Below are positions 45,976-55,780 of a DNA stretch of 64,000 bases, in pieces. A program made the position numbers and the translations under genes. Position 1 is the first letter of the stretch. The number at the start of each line of letters is the position of its first letter. The notes below the pieces were generated by a model. The model had not been told where the DNA came from. It searched no databases and saw nothing but the letters and a program-made list of their open reading frames with translations. This stretch comes from Oligoflexales bacterium (GTDB lineage: Bacteria > Bdellovibrionota_B > Oligoflexia > Oligoflexales > Bog-1112), in NCBI GenBank assembly GCA_045106415.1, contig JBGCEP010000035.1, forward strand, positions 7,304 through 71,303, read 5' to 3'.

Positions 45976-47808
45976 ATGATGTCGTCTCAATCTTTCTGGA
46001 GTGTCATTCCTCGATTAGGATCTTGGAAACTGTGTTTAAGAGCGAGTGTTTTTTTATTTTGGGTTTATTTTATTGTTTCTCTTCTCTCTTTTCATCCCTT
46101 GGATAGTTCGTATTTTAGTGTTTCATATCCGATAAGAGACACCATGAATTATGGAGGGGTGCTAGGCGCTTGGTTGGCATCGTGGGTTGTTTATACAACT
46201 GGCTTTTCTATATTTTTATTTTTATTAGCAATTCCTGGAATGATGATCAGAAAATATAGAAAAATATCAATCACCTTTTATCTTAGTGTCCCATTTGTTT
46301 TTATGTTTATAACGAGTTTGTTTCAATTCTCTTTTTTATATCGTGGGTACCCAATTTTATTGGGAGGTGTTTATGGGTATGAAGCCTCAAAAAATTTAGT
46401 GCATATATTGGGTTTTTTCGGTTTTTGGATTTTTAATATGACGATTTTTATTTTACCTTGGATTTTTTGCTATAAAAATAATCTTAAAAAAATTCTTATA
46501 AAAACTTTCCAATTTTCAACAAGAAGGCCACATCTTTTGCAGAAAAGTTCAACTGTGCCCACTGAAAATATTGTACAACCTTATTCAAAAGATGATTATT
46601 GGTCAGGGCCAAGGCAAATGCTGAAAAAATCAGAAACAACCTCTGTTCAAAATCGATCAGAGCTTGAGCAAACAAGTCAAAAAATTGTTGAAATATTAAA
46701 AGATTTTAATATAGAAGGAGAAGTCATTGGCTATGAGTGTGGGCCTGTTGTTGCAACATATCATTTTCAGCTTGCTCCAGGTATAAGGCAAGCCAAGGTT
46801 CAGACAATTTCTGATGATTTGGCTCTTTGTTTAAGAGTTGAATCTGTTTTTATATCTGCATTAGCTGAAAAAAAATCAATAGGTATTCAAGTCCCTCATC
46901 AGCAAAGAGAACTGGTGTGTTTAGGTGATTTATTGGATATTGCTGACTTTGATCATGGTTCTCCATTATTAGTATGCTTAGGACGAGCAGCAAGCGGCAA
47001 ACCTGTGACCGTTGATTTAGCTGAAATGCCGCATTTATTGATTGCTGGAGCAACAGGTTCAGGGAAATCAGTAGGGATTAATACTCTTTTAATTAGTTTA
47101 TTGATGAGGGCTTCCCCTGAAGATCTTCAGATGATTCTCATTGATCCTAAACAGCTTGAACTTGCTATGTATGAGGGAATTCCTCATTTGCTTATGCCCG
47201 TATTAACAGATCCACAAAAAGCAACCGTTGCATTAAGATGGGTCGTGAAAGAAATGGAAAGAAGATATAGTGTCTTACAACAAGCGGGTGTTCGCAATAT
47301 ACAATCATTTAAAACAAACCCCACAGAATCTATGCCATATTTATTGGTTGTCATTGATGAGCTCGCAGATTTGATGTTAACTGCTTCTGCAGACATTGAG
47401 CTCTTGATTCAAAGATTAGCTCAAAAAGCGAGAGCTTGTGGTATTCATATGGTGCTTGCAACACAAAGACCCTCTGTGGATGTTATTACAGGTGTGATTA
47501 AAGCAAATCTACCATCAAGAATTGCGTATCAAGTTTTTTCTAGGCATGACAGTCGAACTATTTTAGATCAAATAGGAGCAGAGAACTTACTGGGTAAAGG
47601 AGATCTCTTGCTTATGACCCCAGGGAAAAAGAATCCTGAAAGGATTCAAAGTGCTTTTGTATCAGATGAAGAAGTTTTAAAGGTGATAGGTGAGCTTAAA
47701 ACGTCTGAAATGAAGGCTGAATCTGAAGCTCTGCAGTGGATTGAGAAATATGAAGACCAAAGTGGTAAAAAATCTAAATCAAAATTAAATTCTGCAGATA
47801 TTGAGTGA
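45976..47808 (+). CDS. ftsK: DNA translocase FtsK (membrane domain plus motor; no recognisable gamma domain)
   Basis: N-terminal TM helices. Motor motifs: LLIAGATGSGKSVGINTL (Walker A), LLVVIDELADLM (Walker B), MVLATQRPSVDVITG. ATG 45976 has AAGGGG upstream. The ORF-track GTG at 45898 is the alternative. Confidence 0.9.
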   Translation: MMSSQSFWSVIPRLGSWKLCLRASVFLFWVYFIVSLLSFHPLDSSYFSVSYPIRDTMNYGGVLGAWLASWVVYTTGFSIFLFLLAIPGMMIRKYRKISITFYLSVPFVFMFITSLFQFSFLYRGYPILLGGVYGYEASKNLVHILGFFGFWIFNMTIFILPWIFCYKNNLKKILIKTFQFSTRRPHLLQKSSTVPTENIVQPYSKDDYWSGPRQMLKKSETTSVQNRSELEQTSQKIVEILKDFNIEGEVIGYECGPVVATYHFQLAPGIRQAKVQTISDDLALCLRVESVFISALAEKKSIGIQVPHQQRELVCLGDLLDIADFDHGSPLLVCLGRAASGKPVTVDLAEMPHLLIAGATGSGKSVGINTLLISLLMRASPEDLQMILIDPKQLELAMYEGIPHLLMPVLTDPQKATVALRWVVKEMERRYSVLQQAGVRNIQSFKTNPTESMPYLLVVIDELADLMLTASADIELLIQRLAQKARACGIHMVLATQRPSVDVITGVIKANLPSRIAYQVFSRHDSRTILDQIGAENLLGKGDLLLMTPGKKNPERIQSAFVSDEEVLKVIGELKTSEMKAESEALQWIEKYEDQSGKKSKSKLNSADIE

Positions 47809-47813
47809 TGTCG

Positions 47814-48851
47814 TCATTGAAGAGATTTTAAAATTCTTTCAGAGAACTTTTCTAATGAAAAATTTTCTTGTGCTTGACTTGCTCTTTCATTACGTGTTTC
47901 CAAGTTCTCTTGTTGATATTTATGAAAATAATCTGCTATAAACATAGCTCTTTCGTGGTGCGGGATATGTTTCCATGATGCTCCAAAATCTTTTTCTATA
48001 AGCGTTTCTTCTAAGCTTCCGACCCCTGAAGTTAAGACTGGGCAACCGCACATTAAAAATTCTTGAGCAACGCGGCATATGACTTCAGATCCAAGGCTGG
48101 AGACAACTCCAACAACAGCATTTCTCATGATTTCATTTTTATTTTCAATAATTTTTGTCGTAATGACTACGTTCTGAGCAATATTAAGATCATTAGATTT
48201 TTTGATAATTTCATTTGCTGTTGTGTTTTTCTCTTCTCCAATAATTTTTAGGATTGTATTTTTTGGCATTCCAAATTTAAAGCTTTGAGCAAATATTTCT
48301 AAAAATTCTTTATGACCTTTCACTGGATCGAGGCGTCCAAAGATTAAAAGATAAGGAGGGTGTTGTTTCTTCTGTGTGAAAGTGTGCAAATTTTGAACAT
48401 CAAGGCCTAGAGGAATTGAAATAACTCTTTCTGGATAAGGATCGATGCCTTTTATTTTTTCAGCAATAGCATTTGATGGTGTTATTAATCTTCTTGTTTT
48501 TATATGGGATAAGAAATGTCTAATTTTATTTTGCTTGCGATCTTCACCGATAAATCTGATGATGTGCTGGTGATTTGTTATGTGTGCTAAAAATTCTTCT
48601 TGCCCTCCATAAGTAAATACAAGATCGGATTTAGTTTTGCGAATTTGAAAAAAAGAATATAGTCGTGGATTAAAGTTTTTGAGTTCTTTGACTTCAATTT
48701 TTAATTCTTTAAAGCGTTTCGCAGCAGGTGATTTTTCTAAACAAAATACGACTTGATGATGTTGTGTTTTGAGTAAAGATTGAGCGCAGCGCACCGCATA
48801 TTCTGTGATAGCGGAATTCCATCTATTTGAAATTAAATGAAGTATTTTCAT
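47814..48851 (-). CDS. GT-B fold glycosyltransferase (family 4-like; LPS/envelope glycan)
   Basis: 345 aa with MKILHLISNRWNSAITEYA at the N-terminus and a C-terminal acceptor/donor region SLGSEVICRVAQEFLMCGCPVL. Confidence 0.7.
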   Translation of the reverse strand: MKILHLISNRWNSAITEYAVRCAQSLLKTQHHQVVFCLEKSPAAKRFKELKIEVKELKNFNPRLYSFFQIRKTKSDLVFTYGGQEEFLAHITNHQHIIRFIGEDRKQNKIRHFLSHIKTRRLITPSNAIAEKIKGIDPYPERVISIPLGLDVQNLHTFTQKKQHPPYLLIFGRLDPVKGHKEFLEIFAQSFKFGMPKNTILKIIGEEKNTTANEIIKKSNDLNIAQNVVITTKIIENKNEIMRNAVVGVVSSLGSEVICRVAQEFLMCGCPVLTSGVGSLEETLIEKDFGASWKHIPHHERAMFIADYFHKYQQENLETRNERASQAQENFSLEKFSERILKSLQ

Positions 48852-49600
48852 AGATATCTTTCCATTTCATGAAGTTTTGAAAATTTAGTCCAGGCATAAA
48901 AACTACTAATCATGGCATAAGTATAGCCACGAGAACCGTCAAGAAAACCCAAACGAAGAATGTATCTATTGATAAATTCAATCCAAAATCTTAGCCAAAA
49001 ATTTACTGTTGTGCATTTTCTTTTGTTTGTATAGTGATTTTTTGCGACAAGTTGTGTGTATTTATTAAATCTTTCAAAGTAGTCGCAGAGATTTGTATAA
49101 CTATAATGCCATAGAACACCTTGAATATGAGATATTTTCCCAGATATGATAAGTTTTTCATGAATAGGATGTTGATAAAGGCTATTTTCTTTTTTAAAAA
49201 GTCGTATAACAAGATCTGAAGTCCTACCAAAGTTCATTTTTTTTCCTTGGAAAACTAATTTTCTTTTAATACTAAATCCTTGAAGGTGTATAGGAGGATT
49301 TGACATGATTTTTGCAATTGATTTTTTGAGTTGATCATCTAAAACTTCGTCGGCATCAATCATAAAAATCCAGGGTGTTTTTGCTATTTTTATTGCTGCG
49401 TTTCTTTGTTGTGAGTAATCATCAAATTTACGTTTTCTGATATGTGCAGAGAATTTGGCAGCAATATGTGTTGTTTGATCTGTACTTCCAGAGTCAAGTA
49501 TTAAGATGTTACTTCCAGAAGGTAAAGAAGATAGGCATCTTTCGATATTACGTTGTTCATTATATGTGATTAATACAAATGTAAGATTAGAGAAACTCAT
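48848..49600 (-). CDS. Family 2 glycosyltransferase (LPS-core-type)
   Basis: FVLITYNEQRNIERCL, LDSGSTDQT and the DxD-type motif IDADEV. 4-nt overlap with the downstream GT4 gene. Confidence 0.8.
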   Translation of the reverse strand: MSFSNLTFVLITYNEQRNIERCLSSLPSGSNILILDSGSTDQTTHIAAKFSAHIRKRKFDDYSQQRNAAIKIAKTPWIFMIDADEVLDDQLKKSIAKIMSNPPIHLQGFSIKRKLVFQGKKMNFGRTSDLVIRLFKKENSLYQHPIHEKLIISGKISHIQGVLWHYSYTNLCDYFERFNKYTQLVAKNHYTNKRKCTTVNFWLRFWIEFINRYILRLGFLDGSRGYTYAMISSFYAWTKFSKLHEMERYL

Positions 49601-49941
49601 GTGTCATACCTCATCTTATGGATTTTTTGAGGTTATCATATATTTGATTTTTTTCGTCGAAAAGTATCTTGGTTTAAAAAATGATAAAAACACATTTCGT
49701 TTTAGAATAAATTATTTTTTAGAATGTTATTTAAAAAATTTCACATGGGTGAAAATATTGCACGTTTTTAGATGTTGTTTTCTAATAGAAATTATTTTGA
49801 TCTCATTTTTTTAAAAAATGCCTAGACTCTTTGTTTTCTTAAATGCTTTTGGTATGGCTTGCAGTTTTTAGCTGCTCATCATACTTTTGTTGAGGATATA
49901 GAGAAAAGAGTCTAAATAGCCTCGATAAAGGATATAGCGTT

Positions 49942-51018
49942 ATGAACCAGCTTAAAAAAACAGCATTAACAGATTGGCATACAAAAGAAGGAGCTGTGAT
50001 GGCTCCATTTGCTGGTTGGAATATGCCGTTGCGTTATTCAAGTGTAATTAAAGAGCATCACGCTGTGCGTCAAAACGCTGGGGTTTTTGATGTTAGTCAT
50101 ATGGGTGAATTTATTGTCTCAGGTGATGATACTATGCGTTTTTTACAGAGCGTGACTATCAATGATATTACCAAGCTCAGTGTTGGTGAGGGGCAATACA
50201 CAGCGATGTGCCAACAAGATGGAGGTATGATTGATGATTTGATTTTATATCGTGTCGCATGTAATGAAGTCTTATTGTGTGTGAATGCAAGTAATATTCA
50301 AAAAGATTTTGATTGGTTACAGAGTCATATTAAGTCTTTTAATGTTTCTTTAAAGGATGAGTCACCTGAGTGGTCTCAAATTGCTTTGCAAGGACCCGCG
50401 AGTATTGAGTGTCTTCAAAAAGCAACAGGTATGCAAGCTGAATTGAAGTATATGGAAATTCAAAATTTCACTTGGAATCAAGAAAATACTTTCATAGCAC
50501 GTACAGGTTACACCGGAGAGCAAGGTATAGAATGGTATCTTCCTCATAGTGTCGCGCTGGCAGCTTGGGAAGCTCTTGTTGGAGCGGGAGCTTCTCCAAT
50601 TGGTTTAGGTGCTCGCGACACACTCCGCTTAGAAGCTTGTTACTTGCTGTATGGACAAGATATGAACGAAGCAACCTCAGCATTAGAGGCTGGTCTTGGA
50701 TGGGCAACAAAGCTCGAGTATGATTTTGTAGGGCAAGCAACCTTAAAAAAGCAAAAAGAAGAAGGTGTTAGGAGGCGTATTGTCGCGTTCCAAATGCAAG
50801 ACAGAGGAGTTCCTCGGGCTGGTATGGAGGTCTATCAAGGTATGGAAAAAGTTGGTGTCGTGACGAGTGGATCTGTGTTACCAAGCTTAGATGCTTTTGG
50901 TGGGTTATTGATGTTGGACCGTTCTGTTAAGATAAATGAAGACGTTTTGGTTGATGTTCGTGGTCGAAAAATAAGTGCCAAAATCATGAAAAAACCGATG
51001 TATCAAGCTCGATTGTAA
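49942..51018 (+). CDS. gcvT: Glycine cleavage system aminomethyltransferase (T protein)
   Basis: GVFDVSHMGEF, ARTGYTGEQGIE and GLGARDTLRLEA. Confidence 0.95.
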   Translation: MNQLKKTALTDWHTKEGAVMAPFAGWNMPLRYSSVIKEHHAVRQNAGVFDVSHMGEFIVSGDDTMRFLQSVTINDITKLSVGEGQYTAMCQQDGGMIDDLILYRVACNEVLLCVNASNIQKDFDWLQSHIKSFNVSLKDESPEWSQIALQGPASIECLQKATGMQAELKYMEIQNFTWNQENTFIARTGYTGEQGIEWYLPHSVALAAWEALVGAGASPIGLGARDTLRLEACYLLYGQDMNEATSALEAGLGWATKLEYDFVGQATLKKQKEEGVRRRIVAFQMQDRGVPRAGMEVYQGMEKVGVVTSGSVLPSLDAFGGLLMLDRSVKINEDVLVDVRGRKISAKIMKKPMYQARL

Positions 51019-51028
51019 GGAGAGAACA

Positions 51029-51406
51029 ATGAATTTACCAACTGAACTACACTACACAAAAGATCATGAGTGGGTGAGTGCAACTTCTGGTGAAGTTATG
51101 ATTGGTGTTTCAGCATTTGCTATTGAACAGCTCGGCGATATTGTCCATGTGGATTTGCCGTCGGTTGGAGATGAGCTTGTGGCTGGAGACCCTTTTGGAA
51201 GTATTGAATCGACTAAAACGGTTTCAGATCTTTACTCCCCGGGAAATGGTATTGTGACAGCGGTTCACGATAGTATTTTAGAAAATCCTGAAAAATTACA
51301 AGAAGACGCCTATCATGAAGGCTGGCTTGTTAAAATTAAGCTTTCAGAATCTATTGATGGCGCTATGTCATCAACAGATTATGAAGCTTATCTACAAGAT
51401 TCTTAA
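51029..51406 (+). CDS. gcvH: Glycine cleavage system H protein
   Basis: 125 aa with YTKDHEWV and the lipoyl-lysine motif SIESTKTVSDLYSP. Confidence 0.95.
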   Translation: MNLPTELHYTKDHEWVSATSGEVMIGVSAFAIEQLGDIVHVDLPSVGDELVAGDPFGSIESTKTVSDLYSPGNGIVTAVHDSILENPEKLQEDAYHEGWLVKIKLSESIDGAMSSTDYEAYLQDS

Positions 51407-51424
51407 ATTGCGTTGTGCAATTTA
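51404..51424. terminator. AT-rich 8-bp hairpin TAAATTGC-gttgt-GCAATTTA between convergent gcvH and gcvP
   Basis: Read directly from the sequence. The arms are exact reverse complements and include the TAA stop codons of both convergent genes. The stem is weak and no T-run follows, so terminator function is uncertain. Confidence 0.4.
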
Positions 51425-54235
51425 AGAATCCTCATGAAGAATCGAGTCGTCACAAGAACAAATAAGGTTTCGATCACCGTAAGCTTCGTCTATTCGTGCG
51501 CAGCTTGGCCAGACTTTATGAGTTTTTGTAGACTCGGTAGGAAAAACAGCTGTTTCACGACTGTAGCTATGCTTCCAATCTTGAACAAGAGAATGTAAGG
51601 TATGAGGTGCGTTGACCAGCACGTTGTCGTCTTTTGCAGCTCGGCCTTCTTCAATCTCTTTTATTTCTTTTCTAATTTGAATCATGGCATCACAGAATCG
51701 GTCGATTTCTTCAAGGTTCTCACTTTCTGTAGGTTCAACCATCATGGTGCCAGCAACAGGAAAAGATACTGTTGGTGCGTGAAAACCATAGTCCATCAGT
51801 CGTTTTGCAATGTCTGTGACTTGAATGTTTGCTGTTTTTTGGAAAGGCCGCATATCTAAAATGCATTCGTGAGCGACGCGATTGTTTTTTCCTGTGAATA
51901 ACAAATCATAGTGTTTTTTCAGTCGATTGGCCATGTAGTTTGCGCTAAGTATAGAGATTTGAGATGCTTTTTTAAGCCCATCAGCACCCATCATACGAAT
52001 ATAAGACCAACTAATAGGTAGGACACCAGCACTTCCAAAAGGAGCTGATGTGATTGGTGCAATAGCTTGGTTGTTTGGAGTGATTTCTGTAGTGGGAAGA
52101 AAAGGTTGTAAATGCTTTTTAACACCGACAGGCCCAACGCCGGGCCCACCACCCCCGTGAGGGATACTAAAAGTTTTATGGAGATTAAGGTGACAAACGT
52201 CAGCGCCGTAATGACCAGGAAAGCAAAGTCCGACTTGTGCATTCATGTTTGCCCCATCTAAGTATACTTGCCCACCATGCTGATGAATTAATTCACACAC
52301 TTCAGTGATATGTTCTTCAAAAACACCGTGGGTAGATGGATAGGTGATCATGAGAGCGCCAAGAGAATCATGATACTTTACGCAGAGGCTTTGGAGGTGC
52401 TTAAGGTCGATATTTCCATTGTCTTCACATTGTATGGGGATCACCTTAAACCCCGCCATCATAGCACTGGCAGGGTTAGTTCCGTGTGCTGATTTAGGGA
52501 TGAGGCAGATGTTTCTTTGGTGTTGTCCTTGTGATTGTTGCCAAGCCTTGATCATGAGAAGGCCTGTGTATTCGCCTTGAGCCCCAGAGTTAGGTTGAAT
52601 ACTCATGGCGTCAAACCCAGTAATCGCTGCTAGGTCGTTTTCGAGCTCTTGGATTAACTGGAGCCATCCTTTCGTTTGTGAACGAGGAGCATATGGGTGG
52701 ATGTTGCAAAGCTCTGGCCAAGTGATTGGTGTGAGTGCAGCTGCAGGGTTGAGTTTCATGGTACAAGATCCTAGTGGGATCATACTATGTGTCAGAGAGA
52801 TATCTTTATTCTCAAGGTGTTTGAGATATCTCATCATGGCTGTTTCGCTTTGGTGTTTGTGAAAAACGTGTTGAGTGAGAAAAGCCGAAGATCTTTGATG
52901 TTTAATGTCTACATTTTGAGGTTCTGGCGGTGTTTGTGTGGTTTTAATATTAAAAATATTTAAAATTTGACATAAATCTTCAAAAGTCGTGGTTTCATCG
53001 ACAGAAATACTGACAGCTTTTTCAAAGTATCTAAAATTAAAACCATGCTGTTCTGCGATGGTTTGTAGGACTGCAGTGTTTTTATATGGAATATAAACTG
53101 TGTCGAAAAATTGAGTGTGTTGACAAGGGATGTGATGATGCTCTAGTTGATCAGCTAAAAATTTTGCATAACTGTGAATGCGTAGAGCAATGTTTTTTAA
53201 TCCCTTTGGTCCATGCCAGACTGCATACATACCTGCGATGTTTGCAAGCAAAGCCTGAGCTGTGCAGATGTTGCTTGTCGCTTTCTCACGGCGAATGTGT
53301 TGCTCACGAGTTTGCAAAGCAAGTCTGCGTGCAGGTTTCCCTTCTCTATCCTTAGAGAGTCCTACAATGCGGCCGGGTATAAGGCGTTTGTGGGCCTCTT
53401 TTGTAGCAAAATAAGCAGCGTGAGGTCCTCCGAAGCCATAAGGGACTCCAAATCTTTGTGTGTTGCCTACAGCGATATCCGCTCCTAGCTCAGCAGGGCT
53501 TTTTATCAGCGTGAGAGCAAGAATATCTGCTACGAGGATAACGAAGCAGTCATGATTTTTTGCTTGCTCAATGAGTAAGTGGAGGTCTTCAATAGATCCT
53601 TCGGTGTCAGGGTATTGAATCACAATACTGTCGTATTTTTCTGCTTGAAAGTTGTGAAAATTATCTACATCACAGGCAATATCAGCTCCGTCACATCTTC
53701 CTTGGGTGACTGCTATATTTTGAGGATGAAGCTTATCTGATAAAAAGGTTCGGCCCTTTGACTTTTTTTTGGCTCTTTGTGCTAGAAACACCGCTTCGGC
53801 AGTAGCTGTGCCCTCATCGAGTAAAGAGGCGTTTGCAATTGGAAGGCCTGTAAGCTCGGTAATCACAGTTTGAAAGTTCATTAAAGCTTCAAGGCGCCCT
53901 TGGGCGATTTCAGCTTGATATGGAGTATATTGTGTGTACCACCCTGGATTTTCCAGAAGATTTCGGCGGATGACAGCAGGAGTTTCTGTGCCAGAATAAC
54001 CTTGGCCGATAAAGTTTTTAAAATTTTCATTTTGACTGGCTCTATCTCGAATCGCTGCCATGGATTCTTCTTCTGAGAGTGCTGTGATCTGAGGTTGATG
54101 ATCTGTTTGGATGCTTTTAGGGAGTGTTTGGGTAACAAGCTCTGCAAGTGAATTTATACCCAAGGATTGAAGCATCTTGCTTTGTTCTTCGGAAGAAGGG
54201 CCAATATGTCTTGTTTCAAAAGATCGATATGTCAT
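51422..54235 (-). CDS. gcvP: Glycine dehydrogenase (decarboxylating), single-chain P protein
   Basis: 937 aa with the PLP-lysine motif NLHKTFSIPHGGGGPGVGP and an N-terminus FETRHIGPS typical of GcvP. Confidence 0.96.
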   Translation of the reverse strand: MTYRSFETRHIGPSSEEQSKMLQSLGINSLAELVTQTLPKSIQTDHQPQITALSEEESMAAIRDRASQNENFKNFIGQGYSGTETPAVIRRNLLENPGWYTQYTPYQAEIAQGRLEALMNFQTVITELTGLPIANASLLDEGTATAEAVFLAQRAKKKSKGRTFLSDKLHPQNIAVTQGRCDGADIACDVDNFHNFQAEKYDSIVIQYPDTEGSIEDLHLLIEQAKNHDCFVILVADILALTLIKSPAELGADIAVGNTQRFGVPYGFGGPHAAYFATKEAHKRLIPGRIVGLSKDREGKPARRLALQTREQHIRREKATSNICTAQALLANIAGMYAVWHGPKGLKNIALRIHSYAKFLADQLEHHHIPCQHTQFFDTVYIPYKNTAVLQTIAEQHGFNFRYFEKAVSISVDETTTFEDLCQILNIFNIKTTQTPPEPQNVDIKHQRSSAFLTQHVFHKHQSETAMMRYLKHLENKDISLTHSMIPLGSCTMKLNPAAALTPITWPELCNIHPYAPRSQTKGWLQLIQELENDLAAITGFDAMSIQPNSGAQGEYTGLLMIKAWQQSQGQHQRNICLIPKSAHGTNPASAMMAGFKVIPIQCEDNGNIDLKHLQSLCVKYHDSLGALMITYPSTHGVFEEHITEVCELIHQHGGQVYLDGANMNAQVGLCFPGHYGADVCHLNLHKTFSIPHGGGGPGVGPVGVKKHLQPFLPTTEITPNNQAIAPITSAPFGSAGVLPISWSYIRMMGADGLKKASQISILSANYMANRLKKHYDLLFTGKNNRVAHECILDMRPFQKTANIQVTDIAKRLMDYGFHAPTVSFPVAGTMMVEPTESENLEEIDRFCDAMIQIRKEIKEIEEGRAAKDDNVLVNAPHTLHSLVQDWKHSYSRETAVFPTESTKTHKVWPSCARIDEAYGDRNLICSCDDSILHEDS

Positions 54236-54322
54236 GAAGTCCGCCTACAGCTAAAAATTAGCTTTATCATACAGCCTTGCGCTTAGACATGGAAACCTTG
54301 GGGTCGATTGAATTCGTAAGAT

Positions 54323-55777
54323 TTAAAAAATGCGTTTTTTGCGCTTAGAGGAAGGTAAAATTTTGAGTTGTTCACGATATTTGGCAACAGTTCTACGTGC
54401 TATTTCCAAGCCTTGCTCTTTAAGGTGATTGGAAATCCATTGATCAGAGTAGGGTTTTTGTGAGTTTTCTTTTTGTATGACAAGTCGAATCATTTCTCGA
54501 ATAGATTCGCTTGCAACTTCTGTTCCATCTGTACGACTTGTTCCCCCTCCAAAAAAGTATTTAAGTTCAAAAACACCCCGTGGTGTGTGAATATACTTAT
54601 GGCTGGTGACACGACTGACAGTAGATTCATGCATTTCTATGTCGTCGGCCACATCCTTAAGAATCATCGGTGAGAGAAATTGAATACCATGTTCGAAGAA
54701 CTTTTCTTGTCGCTCGACAATTCGAGTTGCAACTTTAAAAATTGTTTGTTGGCGCTGTTCTAAGCTTTTAATAAGCCAATTTGCTGATTTAACTTTTTCA
54801 TTGATAAATGTTTTGTCGTCTTTATTTTTAGGATTTAACTTATCAAAATACTCACTGATTCTGAGGTGTGGTAAACCGTCATCGTTTAAAGACACGACCC
54901 ATTGTCCACTGAGTTTAAAAACATAAACATCTGGAATGATGTAAAGTGTTGGATCTTTTTGAAAGTCCCTACCTGGGAAAGGATCTAAATCTGCAAGCAA
55001 CCCAAGAGCTTCAGTAAGTTCGCTATCTGAGATTTGGAGTGGTTTTTTTAAGTTTTGCAGGCACCCAGATTCGATGTCTGTCATGTGGTGTTCTAAGAGA
55101 AGATGAACTAAAGGGTTACGAATTTGAAAGTGACGAGCTTGATTTTTTAAGCATTCTTGCAAGTTGCGAGCGGCAATTCCTGGAGGGTCAAATCTTTGAA
55201 TTGTATCTAGAACACCTTCAACTGAGACGAGATTTTGGTGGCATGTTTTGCAGAGCTCTTCTGTGGTCATATCGAGATAACCACGCTCATTGATATTGCC
55301 TATGACCATCTCAGCGATTTTTAATTCGTCGTCAGAGAAATCAATTTCAGCTAATTGATCCTGTAGGTATTCACTGAGATTTTTGCCTCTTGTGACGACA
55401 TTTTCATAATTAAAGGTTTCGTCATTATTGTTGGATTTTTGAGAAGCAGGAGCCACGTTTTCTTTGATACGAGCGAGAGCTTCCCAGTCGACTTCATTTG
55501 GTTTGTCATCTGCCGAATCCATCATAGTTGACGCAGAAGCGAGGTTTTCGCTCATGATCTCTTCGGTGGTGCGTTCTTTTAAAATTTCAGTTTGTCGAAT
55601 CTCTTCATTAGATTCTTGAAAACCTTCTTCTAACGCAGGGTTCTCAAGAAGTTGCTCATTGATGTATTGTTCGAGTTCGAGGCGAGAGAGCTGCAAAAGC
55701 TTGATGGCTTGCTGTAGCTGTGGAGTCATTAAAAGCTGTTGACCAAGCTTTAAATTTTGACGAATATCCAAAACCAT
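54323..55777 (-). CDS. rpoN: RNA polymerase sigma-54 factor RpoN
   Basis: Region I LKLGQQLLMTPQLQQAIKLLQLS and the C-terminal RpoN box ARRTVAKYR. It follows lptB, as in other proteobacteria. Confidence 0.96.
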   Translation of the reverse strand: MVLDIRQNLKLGQQLLMTPQLQQAIKLLQLSRLELEQYINEQLLENPALEEGFQESNEEIRQTEILKERTTEEIMSENLASASTMMDSADDKPNEVDWEALARIKENVAPASQKSNNNDETFNYENVVTRGKNLSEYLQDQLAEIDFSDDELKIAEMVIGNINERGYLDMTTEELCKTCHQNLVSVEGVLDTIQRFDPPGIAARNLQECLKNQARHFQIRNPLVHLLLEHHMTDIESGCLQNLKKPLQISDSELTEALGLLADLDPFPGRDFQKDPTLYIIPDVYVFKLSGQWVVSLNDDGLPHLRISEYFDKLNPKNKDDKTFINEKVKSANWLIKSLEQRQQTIFKVATRIVERQEKFFEHGIQFLSPMILKDVADDIEMHESTVSRVTSHKYIHTPRGVFELKYFFGGGTSRTDGTEVASESIREMIRLVIQKENSQKPYSDQWISNHLKEQGLEIARRTVAKYREQLKILPSSKRKKRIF

Positions 55778-55780
55778 AAG

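Noticed and set aside
49506-49814. 102-aa plus-strand ORF spanning the GT2 gene start and the AT-rich spacer
   Set aside because: It begins antisense inside the GT2 gene. Its F/I/L/Y-rich sequence reflects the AT-rich DNA, and it has no RBS or motif.
49850-49863. Sigma-54-like TGGTATGGCTTGCA upstream of gcvT
   Set aside because: The GG-to-GC spacing is 10 nt instead of the required 12, so the two elements cannot both align with the consensus.
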